A DNA stretch of 49,938 bases from an uncultured virus (IMG/VR IMGVR_UViG_3300032167_000030) (lineage: Duplodnaviria; Heunggongvirae; Uroviricota; Caudoviricetes), in the IMG/VR virus record IMGVR_UViG_3300032167_000030. One strand, written 5' to 3'. Of this stretch, positions 18,580-27,518 are shown piece after piece. Made by a program: the position numbers and the translations under genes. Below the pieces are notes generated by a model. That model was not told the DNA's origin, ran no database searches, and worked only from the letters and a program-made list of their open reading frames with translations. Every line of letters starts with the position of its first letter. The stretch's first letter is position 1.

Positions 18580-19017
18580 TTATAAAGTTACAAACTGCTT
18601 AGTTGCATTGGCAATATCTTCTCCTAGAGCAAAACCTACAGATAGTAGAAGCATGCTATCAGTATTGGTATTAGAGAAAACATCACTACATAGGAAATAA
18701 CCAAAAAGCATCTTATCAGAATCTTCTAGATATACAGAACAATCTCCAACAATTAAAGAATTGTCAGCATAGCCTTCTCGCTGTTTGATTTCATCAATAA
18801 TCGACTGCTGAGTTTCTGGATTAAAGCAATCTTCTAGACAGATATCATAGTCAATTCCTAATGTAAAACATTCTGCCACTTCAATCTTACTAATTAAAAA
18901 GTCTTTGTCAATGTTTGTTTTTTCTAAAAATTCATTAAACTTACCATTTTCAATTAGATCAATCGTAACTTTTTCTGCTTCTTTTAGATCTCTTACTTCC
19001 TTACCAAAACTATACAT
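18580..19017 (-). CDS. Hypothetical protein
   Basis: 145 aa ORF, RBS aaggagg, early-type motif upstream. Confidence 0.75.
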   Translation of the reverse strand: MYSFGKEVRDLKEAEKVTIDLIENGKFNEFLEKTNIDKDFLISKIEVAECFTLGIDYDICLEDCFNPETQQSIIDEIKQREGYADNSLIVGDCSVYLEDSDKMLFGYFLCSDVFSNTNTDSMLLLSVGFALGEDIANATKQFVTL

Positions 19018-19059
19018 AACTAATGTCCTCCTTAAAAATGTTTGATTTTTATGACAGGT

Positions 19060-19070
19060 TTATTATATAT
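19060..19070 (-). promoter_or_regulatory. Putative early promoter ATATATHMTAA-N4-R
   Basis: ATATATAATAAacctG; the motif recurs in nine intergenic regions. Confidence 0.6.
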
Positions 19071-19146
19071 AGTTAAAAAGAAAGTTAGAAAATTACCAAA
19101 ATTTTCTTTGTTTTCCTGAACCTAGATTCTTTCTAAACATTGGTAG

Positions 19147-19497
19147 TCAAACAACAGAGTCATCCTCAACTGACTTACATAAAGCATCAATAGCTTCAAT
19201 TCTCTCATCTTCTTCCATTGTTTTACCAATAACAATGAACATGTACATCATATGAGACAGAGGGGTATCGAATTCAGACTTCTTATAAACAACCTCATTA
19301 CATCTAATGGATTTATCAATCTGAGTAGTGTAAGCTGCTTCTGGATGTAGATAATGAACTACATTGTTATTGAAATAGAAGTTTTCCATAGTCCACTTCT
19401 TAAGCATCTTAATAGTAGTATCATACTTATTATTGACGTTTTTTCTAATGTCAGTAACTTTGTAATCCTGAGTTGCATCTATAGTAACTTGTGCCAT
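19147..19497 (-). CDS. Hypothetical protein
   Basis: 116 aa ORF, RBS aaggag, late-type motif upstream. Confidence 0.75.
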   Translation of the reverse strand: MAQVTIDATQDYKVTDIRKNVNNKYDTTIKMLKKWTMENFYFNNNVVHYLHPEAAYTTQIDKSIRCNEVVYKKSEFDTPLSHMMYMFIVIGKTMEEDERIEAIDALCKSVEDDSVV

Positions 19498-19530
19498 ATA
19501 GTAATTTCACTCCTTAAAAATAGTTTTCAT

Positions 19531-19542
19531 TATAGAAATGTT
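19531..19542 (-). promoter_or_regulatory. Putative late promoter AACA-N6-TA
   Basis: AACAtttctaTA following the gyrB terminator. Confidence 0.6.
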
Positions 19543-19561
19543 ATAAATCCTATTAAAACAA

Positions 19562-19597
19562 AAAAAGAAAGTATCTAAAATAAGATACTTTCTTTTT
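19562..19597 (-). terminator. Intrinsic terminator after gyrB
   Basis: aaaaagaaagtatct/agatactttcttttt inverted repeat. Confidence 0.8.
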
Positions 19598-19604
19598 GTA
19601 TTAG

Positions 19605-22600
19605 TTAGATTTCTAATTCCTTAATCTTTTGCTGATTTTTCATTAAGAATACTTTACGTTTGTCTGCATACTTACTATTAGAATTTAGTAGTGTATCCAT
19701 AGTATCATCTGTCTTTTCTTCATCTGATAGTACAACTTGCATAATGTTTCTAACTGAAGGATCAAGAGTAGTTTCCCAAAGTTCATTAGCATCCATTTCT
19801 CCCAAGCCTTTGAATCGACTTCTGGACTTAGGTGTAACCTTGTTATACATGTCTTGATAGTTCTTAATTGATAGATGATAATCATTGATGAATACTTCTT
19901 CAGGAATACTAAGATCTTCTAGAATCTTCTTAGCTTTTTTAGCAGACTTTACTAAATCCTTAATTACTGCATTTACAAAGCTATTATCATAAAGACCATT
20001 AATCTCAGAATTTCCTTCATCATTCTTAAAGAATTCAAAATCACCAATCTGTTTTAATAAATTCACAATATCCTTACTTGTTGCATTTTCATTAGTACGT
20101 AAATAATCACATACATCATCAATTAAATACATATTGATACCTGTACTAGTAGATAGTTCACTTACTTTGTTTTTGTAAGTTTCAAAATTCTTAAGAATGG
20201 TTTTAGCTTTAGTCTTATTTAAACCTATCTCATTACAACTAAATACATAGTTTTCAAAAATCTTTTCCTCAATATATGCATCATATTCCTCTTGATTTAA
20301 GAAATAACGTTTCTTATTTCTTTCAATGATAGAATAAAGAGGAGGCATTGCAATATACATGTAACCTTTTTCCAAAATGGGTTTAGCATGTCTATATACA
20401 AATCCTAAGATAAGGCTTGCAATGTGAAGCAAATTACTTTGCATAATTTAGACTATATTTTCTATACTAAATTAGTATAGCCTAGCTTTTCGGTACTTTG
20501 TAATTTACATTTCCCTACTCTACTCCCTTCGTGTAAGTATTTCAACTTACCTTATTACTAACATTAAGTTAGTTGGTTTCGATAGTCGTTGAACTCATAT
20601 CCTATCTTTTACTAAATGTAGGATACTTCGTTGCGTCGATTGTATCAAACACTATTCTTTTTACTATATCTTTGGAGTTACCCATTGCCACTAAGTATAT
20701 TACTATCTTAGTTTAGTAAATAGTGTTTATTGATAGTTTCCCGCAGTTAACTAGGTTTTTAGACGGCATTCACTGCAAGTCAAATTAGATTATTTTCTTC
20801 CAATATACTTCTTAGTTTGCTCATCAAATCTTCTTTATAAGAAATTCTATAAAGTTTTATACTGTTTTCTTCACAAAAAGCATTTTTTATAGTGTCATGT
20901 TTTTGAGTTAGCTCAAATCTAATAAGTCTTTCTTCTTTAGTTCCTCCAAATTGTGCATTAGGATCAGAATGTTGTTGTCCATCATACTCAATTAAAAAGT
21001 ATTCATCATTGACTTTATCAGTATAAACCAATATATCAAATGGAAGAAAACGTTTGTCTACACATTCTTCAAATGACACTTCTGATTCATACTCAATTTT
21101 ATTAAAATCTAGAACACTTTTAATATCCTGTATTGGTTTAGAATTATTCTGACTTTTATTCATGTCAGCACATAAAGGACATCTATATCCTTGCTGAAAG
21201 TCATTATAACGAACAAGGTATGAATAACTACATGTTTTATGTCTAACCCAAATTTTTTCTTTATTATTTTCATACTCATTACTAACTACCTCATATTCGT
21301 CATTAGATAATTCTTTTACACTTTCAATAATAGATTCTAATGTATGAGGTTTTATTCCAGTATTAAGTACTCTTTTTTTATTTGCACAGTTTGGACAACG
21401 TCTTTTATGAGAAGTAAACTCATTTGGAGTTACTCTATACTTATGTCCACAAACATTATGTATTACCCAGAGTTTAGTTTTACTCGTTACATAAGTTTCC
21501 AGAAAAGTATAATCATCACCAACTTGTTCGTAAACTTTACTTAAAAATTTTTCAGATGCTTTTTGTTTAAGATTTTGAGCTTGTTTTTTACAATTTTCAA
21601 TACCAGAAGCATATCTTTCTTTAGTTTCTTTTTCATTTTTCATTTGAATGAAACCTCCTAACATTAATACTAATGTATTGTTAGAAAATTTCTCACTGAT
21701 GCAGACTTAATGTGTCATTTACCGTCATCGTCAGCATCAGTCAAGGCTACCAGTTTATGATACTTCATGTCTTCAACATTGAAATTCTTACCAATTGCAG
21801 TTTTCTTACCAGTTAAGATATAAATCAAATCTGATAGTTCCTTATTTTCAAAAATCTTAGTTTCAGCTAGATTGTTAGTATTGAGAATCTTACCTCTTAG
21901 AGCATAAACAGCCTGAGTTTGCTTATCTCTACCATTTCTAGCACTTGAACTTGCAGAATTACCCTCAACTACAAACAGTTCACATTCTTCAGGTTTCTTA
22001 GAAATACAGTTAGCTAATTTTGATAGATCAGAAACAGCAGTAATTCCATTTTCAGATTTCTTATTAGCTAGTTCTTTAGCTCTCTTAGCAGCACTGTTAG
22101 CCTTTGCAGATTCAATTACTTTAGTACAAAGTACTTTCATTTCTTTAGCATGGGTTTCAATCCACTTACTAAATTCTGCATTAACTGCTTTCATTACTGC
22201 ACCAGAAACTTCTGTAGAGTTAAGCTTTTTCTTAGACTGCTGATCATACATCGGATGAGGATGTTTGATAGATACTACTGCTACTACACCTTCCTGAACT
22301 GAATCACCAGTAATGTCTAGATTTGCATCTTTTTTAGTTAGTAGGTTATTATCAGCAATATACTTTTTAATCAAACTAGTAAGAGCTGTTTTAAAACCAG
22401 TTTCATGAGTACCGCCATCACTAGTATAAATGGAATTACAGAAGGATTTAATATTGATAGGATCAGTAGAGTTATCATAAGTAAAGGAACAATCGATTTC
22501 TACATTCAATTCTTTATTAGCCTTGTTAACAGTAGTTGATGTAGAGAATGTAATAGGATTAAATAGAGCTTTCTTAGCATTTAACTGTACGTATTCCTCA

Positions 22601-23250
22601 ATACCATCTTTATGATAATACTTAGCCTGTTTCTTTTCATCCATGTCCTTAATAATGATAGTAAGTCCTTTATTGATAAAAGACTTCATCTTACATTCAT
22701 CTTTGACTGATTCAATGTCAATCTCAAATGTATCCATTACAGATTCATCAGGACAAAACTCTACAATAGTACCTACCTTATCAGACTTTCCTAAATCTTT
22801 TAGTTCAGTTACTTTCTTACCATATTCAAATCTTTGAGAGTATTCATGACCACCTTCATGTGTAATGACAAGGAAATACTTACTAAGTGCATTAACACAT
22901 GTACTACCAAGACCATGCTGACCACCTGATGTGCTATAACTATCTTTATCGAATTTACCTGAAGCATGTAATGTAGTAAATGCTCTTTCAATAGATTTAG
23001 GAGGAACACCACGACCTTCATCAATTACTCTAAATACACCTTTTTTATTGGAAATTTCAATTGTAATTGTTTTACCAAAACCATTTAGGAATTCATCAAT
23101 AGAGTTATCAATTACTTCTCTTAGTAGATGCGTATTACCTTCTTTACCAAGACTACTGATATAGACTGTAGGATTAGATCTTACATTATCAGGATATTCT
23201 TGGACTTTAATACTATCTTCGTTATATGTTAGATTCTTTTTAGTCGCCAT
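19605..23250 (-). CDS. gyrB: DNA gyrase subunit B, two exons (21721-23250, 19605-20429), 784 aa after splicing
   Basis: EVIDNSIDE, LHASGKF, GGTHE, VEGNSA, LRGKILN. Splicing joins TDADDDG|LHIASL. Exon 2 has PPLY and RFKGLGEM. Confidence 0.93.
20780..21643 (-). CDS. Intron-encoded endonuclease with zinc-ribbon repeats and a Vsr/DUF559-like nuclease domain
   Basis: Two HxxC...RCPxC repeats; PFDI...IEYDGQQH...HDTIKN...LYRISY. RBS aggagg favours ATG 21643 over 21664. Confidence 0.75.
   Translation of the reverse strand: MKNEKETKERYASGIENCKKQAQNLKQKASEKFLSKVYEQVGDDYTFLETYVTSKTKLWVIHNVCGHKYRVTPNEFTSHKRRCPNCANKKRVLNTGIKPHTLESIIESVKELSNDEYEVVSNEYENNKEKIWVRHKTCSYSYLVRYNDFQQGYRCPLCADMNKSQNNSKPIQDIKSVLDFNKIEYESEVSFEECVDKRFLPFDILVYTDKVNDEYFLIEYDGQQHSDPNAQFGGTKEERLIRFELTQKHDTIKNAFCEENSIKLYRISYKEDLMSKLRSILEENNLI
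21671..21682 (-). promoter_or_regulatory. Putative late promoter inside the gyrB intron
   Basis: AACAatacatTA immediately upstream of the endonuclease RBS. Confidence 0.55.
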
Positions 23251-23252
23251 TT

Positions 23253-23447
23253 TTATATTTCCTCCTTTTTAGTTTTTAATACGACACATCTATATTTTTC
23301 ATATCGTTTGAATAATAAATACTCTAATTCTTCTTTTGTTACAGATTTATCCATTTCCATTATAAGATTAATGTTATCATCTTCAGGACCATCATAATCT
23401 GAGAAACCATAATAACCTGTCACTTTCCATTTATTAGTAGTTGACAT
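23253..23447 (-). CDS. Hypothetical protein
   Basis: 64 aa ORF tightly packed upstream of gyrB. Confidence 0.7.
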   Translation of the reverse strand: MSTTNKWKVTGYYGFSDYDGPEDDNINLIMEMDKSVTKEELEYLLFKRYEKYRCVVLKTKKEEI

Positions 23448-23910
23448 GTTTATACTTCTCCTTTATCTCTTTACATTTTTCTAAAACCGCATCTTTAATA
23501 TCACCTAAAGATAAGTATTTTGCACTTTTATACAAATCATATTCTTCATCAGTTAAGAAAAGTTCTGTAATATAGACTTTGTTTAAAGTTTGTTCTAAAC
23601 TAATACTAGTTCCTTCATAATTTCCTCCCATGTAATCAACACAAGAATGAAAATGGTTATTTGGTTTATCTTCTAAATTTTTACAAAATCTTTCTAACAT
23701 TGACTTAAAAGATTCTATAGCATATTTATCTCCAGTAATATGTGTTTTAAGAAATTCAGAAATATCCTTAATGTACTTAACTGCAGCTTCTTTATTTTTA
23801 AAGTCTTTTTCTAAAGAATAACATTCAATGCCATATTTCATTCCAATAGGAATGTATGGAAAACTAAAATCACTATCAGTATAGATTTCTAATTTAAAAG
23901 TATATTGCAT
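23434..23910 (-). CDS. Hypothetical protein
   Basis: 158 aa ORF, RBS aaggag. Confidence 0.75.
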   Translation of the reverse strand: MQYTFKLEIYTDSDFSFPYIPIGMKYGIECYSLEKDFKNKEAAVKYIKDISEFLKTHITGDKYAIESFKSMLERFCKNLEDKPNNHFHSCVDYMGGNYEGTSISLEQTLNKVYITELFLTDEEYDLYKSAKYLSLGDIKDAVLEKCKEIKEKYKHVNY

Positions 23911-23949
23911 AAAACTACAAACTCCTTTCTTTTATAAAGTATTCTAGTT

Positions 23950-23960
23950 TTATTATATAT
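23950..23960 (-). promoter_or_regulatory. Putative early promoter
   Basis: ATATATAATAA ahead of the gyrB operon. Confidence 0.55.
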
Positions 23961-23990
23961 ATTTGAAACCTATTTTAACCAATAAAAAAA

Positions 23991-24018
23991 AGAGGATTTC
24001 TTATAAAAGAAATCCTCT
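23991..24018 (-). terminator. Intrinsic terminator
   Basis: agaggatttctt/aagaaatcctct stem followed by a U tract on the minus strand. Confidence 0.8.
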
Positions 24019-24025
24019 ATAATTT

Positions 24026-24220
24026 TTATCTTACAATACAATGTTCTTTCATCATTTTAGTTGCTGTAAAGTAATTAACACCTTTCTTACGATTAGTAAT
24101 AACTACAGTATCATTTTTATCATCATTATACCAGATTTCATGAGATCCACGATGTCTTTTCTTTGCATAACCATTATTTCTAAGAATATTCTGCATTTCC
24201 TTAACCTTAAAGTTATTCAT
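24026..24220 (-). CDS. hicA: HicA-family mRNA interferase
   Basis: KVKEMQNILRNNGY...RHRGSHEIW with the conserved GSH; 64 aa, basic. Confidence 0.75.
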   Translation of the reverse strand: MNNFKVKEMQNILRNNGYAKKRHRGSHEIWYNDDKNDTVVITNRKKGVNYFTATKMMKEHCIVR

Positions 24221-24250
24221 CTCTTAAATCGCTTAATAAACCTTTCTATA

Positions 24251-24418
24251 TCAAGAGTCATCAAGACTCTTCATCCAATTCTTTTCTTTGTTTCTATCAT
24301 AAGCTTTGGGATTTTTAGGAGTTCTAGTAATAGGATTTATCAACCAAAAATTTCTATGTTGTTTGTTTAGTTCCTTTTGTTTCTTCTTAGATAACTTTTC
24401 TTTAGATACAAATTTCAT
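24251..24418 (-). CDS. Small basic hypothetical protein (55 aa)
   Basis: MKFVSKEKLSKKKQKELN...W.INPITR...NPKAYDR; RBS gagagg. Confidence 0.7.
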   Translation of the reverse strand: MKFVSKEKLSKKKQKELNKQHRNFWLINPITRTPKNPKAYDRNKEKNWMKSLDDS

Positions 24419-24848
24419 TCTCAATTCCTCTCTCATTCAATATTTCATGAGCATAACCATTATTAGTAGTGTAATGTATATGTCTAATGCCTAAATGATG
24501 TATCAATTTCATACATGCAGGGCAAGGTCTAGCTAAAGCATATACATTTTTCTTACTAATACGATATAAATAGATATGTACTTTCTTCCAATTAATAGAA
24601 GTATCATTAATTACACTAGATAATGCATGTATCTCAGCATGCATATAATGAGGTGTACTATCTTCTTCATATCTTTCTTTGTTATAGACTTTTTGCAAGG
24701 GATGAGTTTTATTTTGATTATAACCAGATGAAATAATATCACCTTTATAAACTATTACGCAACCAGTATGACATCTATAAAAATTTGACATCTCAGCTGC
24801 TTTTCTAGCTATACTAAAAAATTTTTCATTTGCAGATCCAGTGTACAT
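24402..24848 (-). CDS. Zinc-dependent cytidine/dCMP-deaminase-family protein
   Basis: HTGCVIV, GYN, HAE and PCPAC motifs. Confidence 0.85.
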   Translation of the reverse strand: MYTGSANEKFFSIARKAAEMSNFYRCHTGCVIVYKGDIISSGYNQNKTHPLQKVYNKERYEEDSTPHYMHAEIHALSSVINDTSINWKKVHIYLYRISKKNVYALARPCPACMKLIHHLGIRHIHYTTNNGYAHEILNERGIENEICI

Positions 24849-25158
24849 TTCTAATTCTTCCTAACGGTGTCAAACTTCTGATCAATAACAATTCACGATA
24901 GTCTTTATTAAGAATGTTTAAAAACTTATCTTTTAAAGAATTATCAAATACACTAAATCTAATTATAGCTTCATTTGACATTTTAGATAGTGTAAATGAT
25001 GAAATTTCAATTACATTATCTTGTGCTAATTGAATGATTTTTTCTTTCGAATAATAGGCTTCTAATTGTTTGCTATTCATGCTTTCAATACCAACATCAG
25101 GTATTTTTACAGAAAAGTATCTTAGTTCATATTTTTCCTTTTTCATAATTTTAAACAT
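24826..25158 (-). CDS. Hypothetical protein
   Basis: 110 aa ORF, RBS aaggag. Confidence 0.7.
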   Translation of the reverse strand: MFKIMKKEKYELRYFSVKIPDVGIESMNSKQLEAYYSKEKIIQLAQDNVIEISSFTLSKMSNEAIIRFSVFDNSLKDKFLNILNKDYRELLLIRSLTPLGRIRNVHWICK

Positions 25159-25256
25159 TTTTCTTTAAATCTCCTTTCTTATAGACAAGGAAAAGGAGAA
25201 AGGTTCACAGAAATTTTCTATAATAATCCTTTCTCCTCTTTATAATTCTATCATAG

Positions 25257-25267
25257 TTAGAATATAT
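25257..25267 (-). promoter_or_regulatory. Putative early promoter
   Basis: ATATATTCTAActatG. Confidence 0.55.
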
Positions 25268-25284
25268 GTTTAAAAATTCTAACT

Positions 25285-26220
25285 TTACACTTTTTCTGAA
25301 ATTGATCTATTAACTATTTCTAGATTCTTTTTGTTGTTTAGTTTGTCTGAATGCTTCATTATAGTATCAAATATTTCTTTCTTACAGTGTTTTCCCATAT
25401 ATTCTAAAACTTCAGCTTTTGTTTCATGGCTATTAATAAGATCGATCCAGTTAATTCTCTGCTTAAATACAGTTAATGCATTTTCAGAAATCTTATTATG
25501 TGATAGATAGTATTTTACTTGATCGGTATTTAAGAAAGCTTTTTCATTTAAACCTTTTCTATGATTTTTAATGAAATCTAGACTGTAATTACTATCCGCA
25601 TTAACTAAAGCTGTAAATCTACTAAATTTGGTTGTATATTTAGAAGTTTTTACTATATAAATCAAATACTGTTCTTCTGTAAGAGGAAAATATTCAGCTA
25701 GATTCCTCATTAACTCTCCTACACGATAGTCTGGAATAATACCTTTAACCTTATCAGTAGTGATTTTAGTAAAAAGATATTTCTGTAAGAAGTCATTTGA
25801 AAGATTCTTTTGATACTTTATCATATACTTCAAGTTTGTAAAGTACATGTCATTAGCATATTTTGGAGATGTATTCAAAATATCATCCAAAATCTTACTA
25901 CAAAATTCTTCTGAAAATTGTCTTCTACTAAAAATAGAACCTTTATCAATTCGATTCATATTTTTTAGAATTATATCATCAGGCACATACATAAGGAAAT
26001 TACCATTATACCATTTAAGATGTTCGCCAAATGTTGTAATGAAATCTCTGGTGCAAGTATCTTCAGTTATGTTATTAGATAAGTAATACCAGTCAAAACA
26101 ATTTGAATGCTTAATCATGTTATCAAATGAAAGTTTTACTTCTTTAGTATCAATCAAATTTCCATTATTATCAAATTCTTTTTTGTAATATTTTATAAAC
26201 TTTTTCATTTCACCATCCAT
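25285..26220 (-). CDS. Degenerate tryptophan-repeat protein
   Basis: Units such as FDWYYLS...FITTFGEHLKW, YQKNLSNDFL and FKQRINW. Confidence 0.6.
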   Translation of the reverse strand: MDGEMKKFIKYYKKEFDNNGNLIDTKEVKLSFDNMIKHSNCFDWYYLSNNITEDTCTRDFITTFGEHLKWYNGNFLMYVPDDIILKNMNRIDKGSIFSRRQFSEEFCSKILDDILNTSPKYANDMYFTNLKYMIKYQKNLSNDFLQKYLFTKITTDKVKGIIPDYRVGELMRNLAEYFPLTEEQYLIYIVKTSKYTTKFSRFTALVNADSNYSLDFIKNHRKGLNEKAFLNTDQVKYYLSHNKISENALTVFKQRINWIDLINSHETKAEVLEYMGKHCKKEIFDTIMKHSDKLNNKKNLEIVNRSISEKV

Positions 26221-26239
26221 AAACCAAAAGTTCCTTTAC

Positions 26240-26797
26240 TTATAGAATTTCATGAACAATTCCTAACTTTAATGCTTCCTGTGCGTCAAAATATTTTTCT
26301 CTTTCATTATACCACTGTTTTACCATCTTATCAGTAACTTTAGTTCTTTCAATTAAGACATCATCAATAACCTTACCGACACGTTCAACTTCTTTAGCTT
26401 TTGCTGAAATAATACTAGAATAATCATCAATTCTAGCAGCAGCTTCATGATGCATAAAGGTTACACGTCTACCACAGAATCTCTTATCACCAGCTACAAA
26501 TAGAGGTAATGCTGCACTCATAATCATCCCATATGCATATGTATGAATAGGAGTTTTACTAGTTTCAATTACATCAATCAATGCTAATGCATCATAAGCA
26601 TTACCACCATTAGAATTAATGATAAGATTGATAGGTTCTCTATTATAAGTCTTTAGATGAGATTCATTATCATTATCTTCATCTTCAATTGATTTGATAG
26701 CATAAATACCTTTACCAGCGGCTTCAGAATCGATAACACCAGAGAAAATGATAGTTCTATCCTTTACAATTACAGTTGCATTTTCGTTATTATTCAT
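26240..26797 (-). CDS. clpP: ClpP-family protease
   Basis: INSNGG, MSAA (Ser), FMHHE (His), YFDAQEALKLGIV. Confidence 0.88.
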   Translation of the reverse strand: MNNNENATVIVKDRTIIFSGVIDSEAAGKGIYAIKSIEDEDNDNESHLKTYNREPINLIINSNGGNAYDALALIDVIETSKTPIHTYAYGMIMSAALPLFVAGDKRFCGRRVTFMHHEAAARIDDYSSIISAKAKEVERVGKVIDDVLIERTKVTDKMVKQWYNEREKYFDAQEALKLGIVHEIL

Positions 26798-26801
26798 GTT
26801 T

Positions 26802-27407
26802 TTAATAGTTTCCTTTCTTATAGTTCTTCATTTTTTCTTCTCTTGTTATTTGTTTTTCTAATTTTTTGATGAGTTCATCAAATTGTGATAGAGTTTCAGT
26901 TTTGACATATTCAAAACCTTTATCATCAATGTATCTATCAAATTCATCTGAATTATAGTTCATATCGATTGATATTGAATGATCATATTTGCTTATTTCA
27001 AAGTTTAGTAGTGGATGATTTCTAATTTCTCTTTCTAAGAAAGATTTTAGATATAAATGTTTTTCTTCATCCATTTTTCTAAAATCATCACAGAAACGTT
27101 CATCAAAACTTAGAAATTTAATATAAGTGCCACTATCCATATTCTTATCATCTTCTGAATGACCTTCACAACAATAATCAGTATAGAAACCCATTTTATT
27201 CAGTTTTATGACGTTATAAAACATCTTTTCATCAATTTCTTCAGCATCATGGCCACACTTACAACACTTATAAGTAAAGTTTAGATGCTGATCAATCTTT
27301 ATATTCTCTGTTAGATTTACAATTTCATTTTTATATTCAGTTGGGATGATATATGATGTTAAGCATTTTCTACAAAAGAAATTTTTAGTCTTTTTAATGT
27401 TTTCCAT
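26802..27407 (-). CDS. Hypothetical protein with Cys motifs
   Basis: CRKC, CCKCG and LNKMGFYTDYCCEGH. Confidence 0.7.
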   Translation of the reverse strand: MENIKKTKNFFCRKCLTSYIIPTEYKNEIVNLTENIKIDQHLNFTYKCCKCGHDAEEIDEKMFYNVIKLNKMGFYTDYCCEGHSEDDKNMDSGTYIKFLSFDERFCDDFRKMDEEKHLYLKSFLEREIRNHPLLNFEISKYDHSISIDMNYNSDEFDRYIDDKGFEYVKTETLSQFDELIKKLEKQITREEKMKNYKKGNY

Positions 27408-27444
27408 AAGATATGAAATTTCCTTTCTTTTTATTTTACCTGAA

Positions 27445-27455
27445 TTATGATATAT
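27445..27455 (-). promoter_or_regulatory. Putative early promoter
   Basis: ATATATCATAAttcaG. Confidence 0.55.
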
Positions 27456-27479
27456 GTTTATAAGTAAAATAAAGATTTA

Positions 27480-27515
27480 AAAATAGTATAGTTTTTATAA
27501 AAACTATACTATTTT
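27480..27515 (-). terminator. Intrinsic terminator
   Basis: aaatagtatagtttt/aaaactatactattt inverted repeat. Confidence 0.7.
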
Positions 27516-27518
27516 TGA

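Larger units (their letters stand above)
20430..21720 (-). mobile_element. Group I intron (IA-like) in gyrB
   Basis: Exon GACGGU pairs with IGS GCCGUC (terminal U-G). P3 ccuaguu/agcuagg, P aacugcgggaaa, Q aaucgacgcaacgaag, R guucaacgacuauc, S aaauauaguc, P9 hairpin then terminal G. Confidence 0.92.

Noticed and set aside
19605..23250. gyrB as a pseudogene or naturally split gene
   Set aside because: The interruption has complete group I intron features and splicing restores DDDG-LHIASL in frame.
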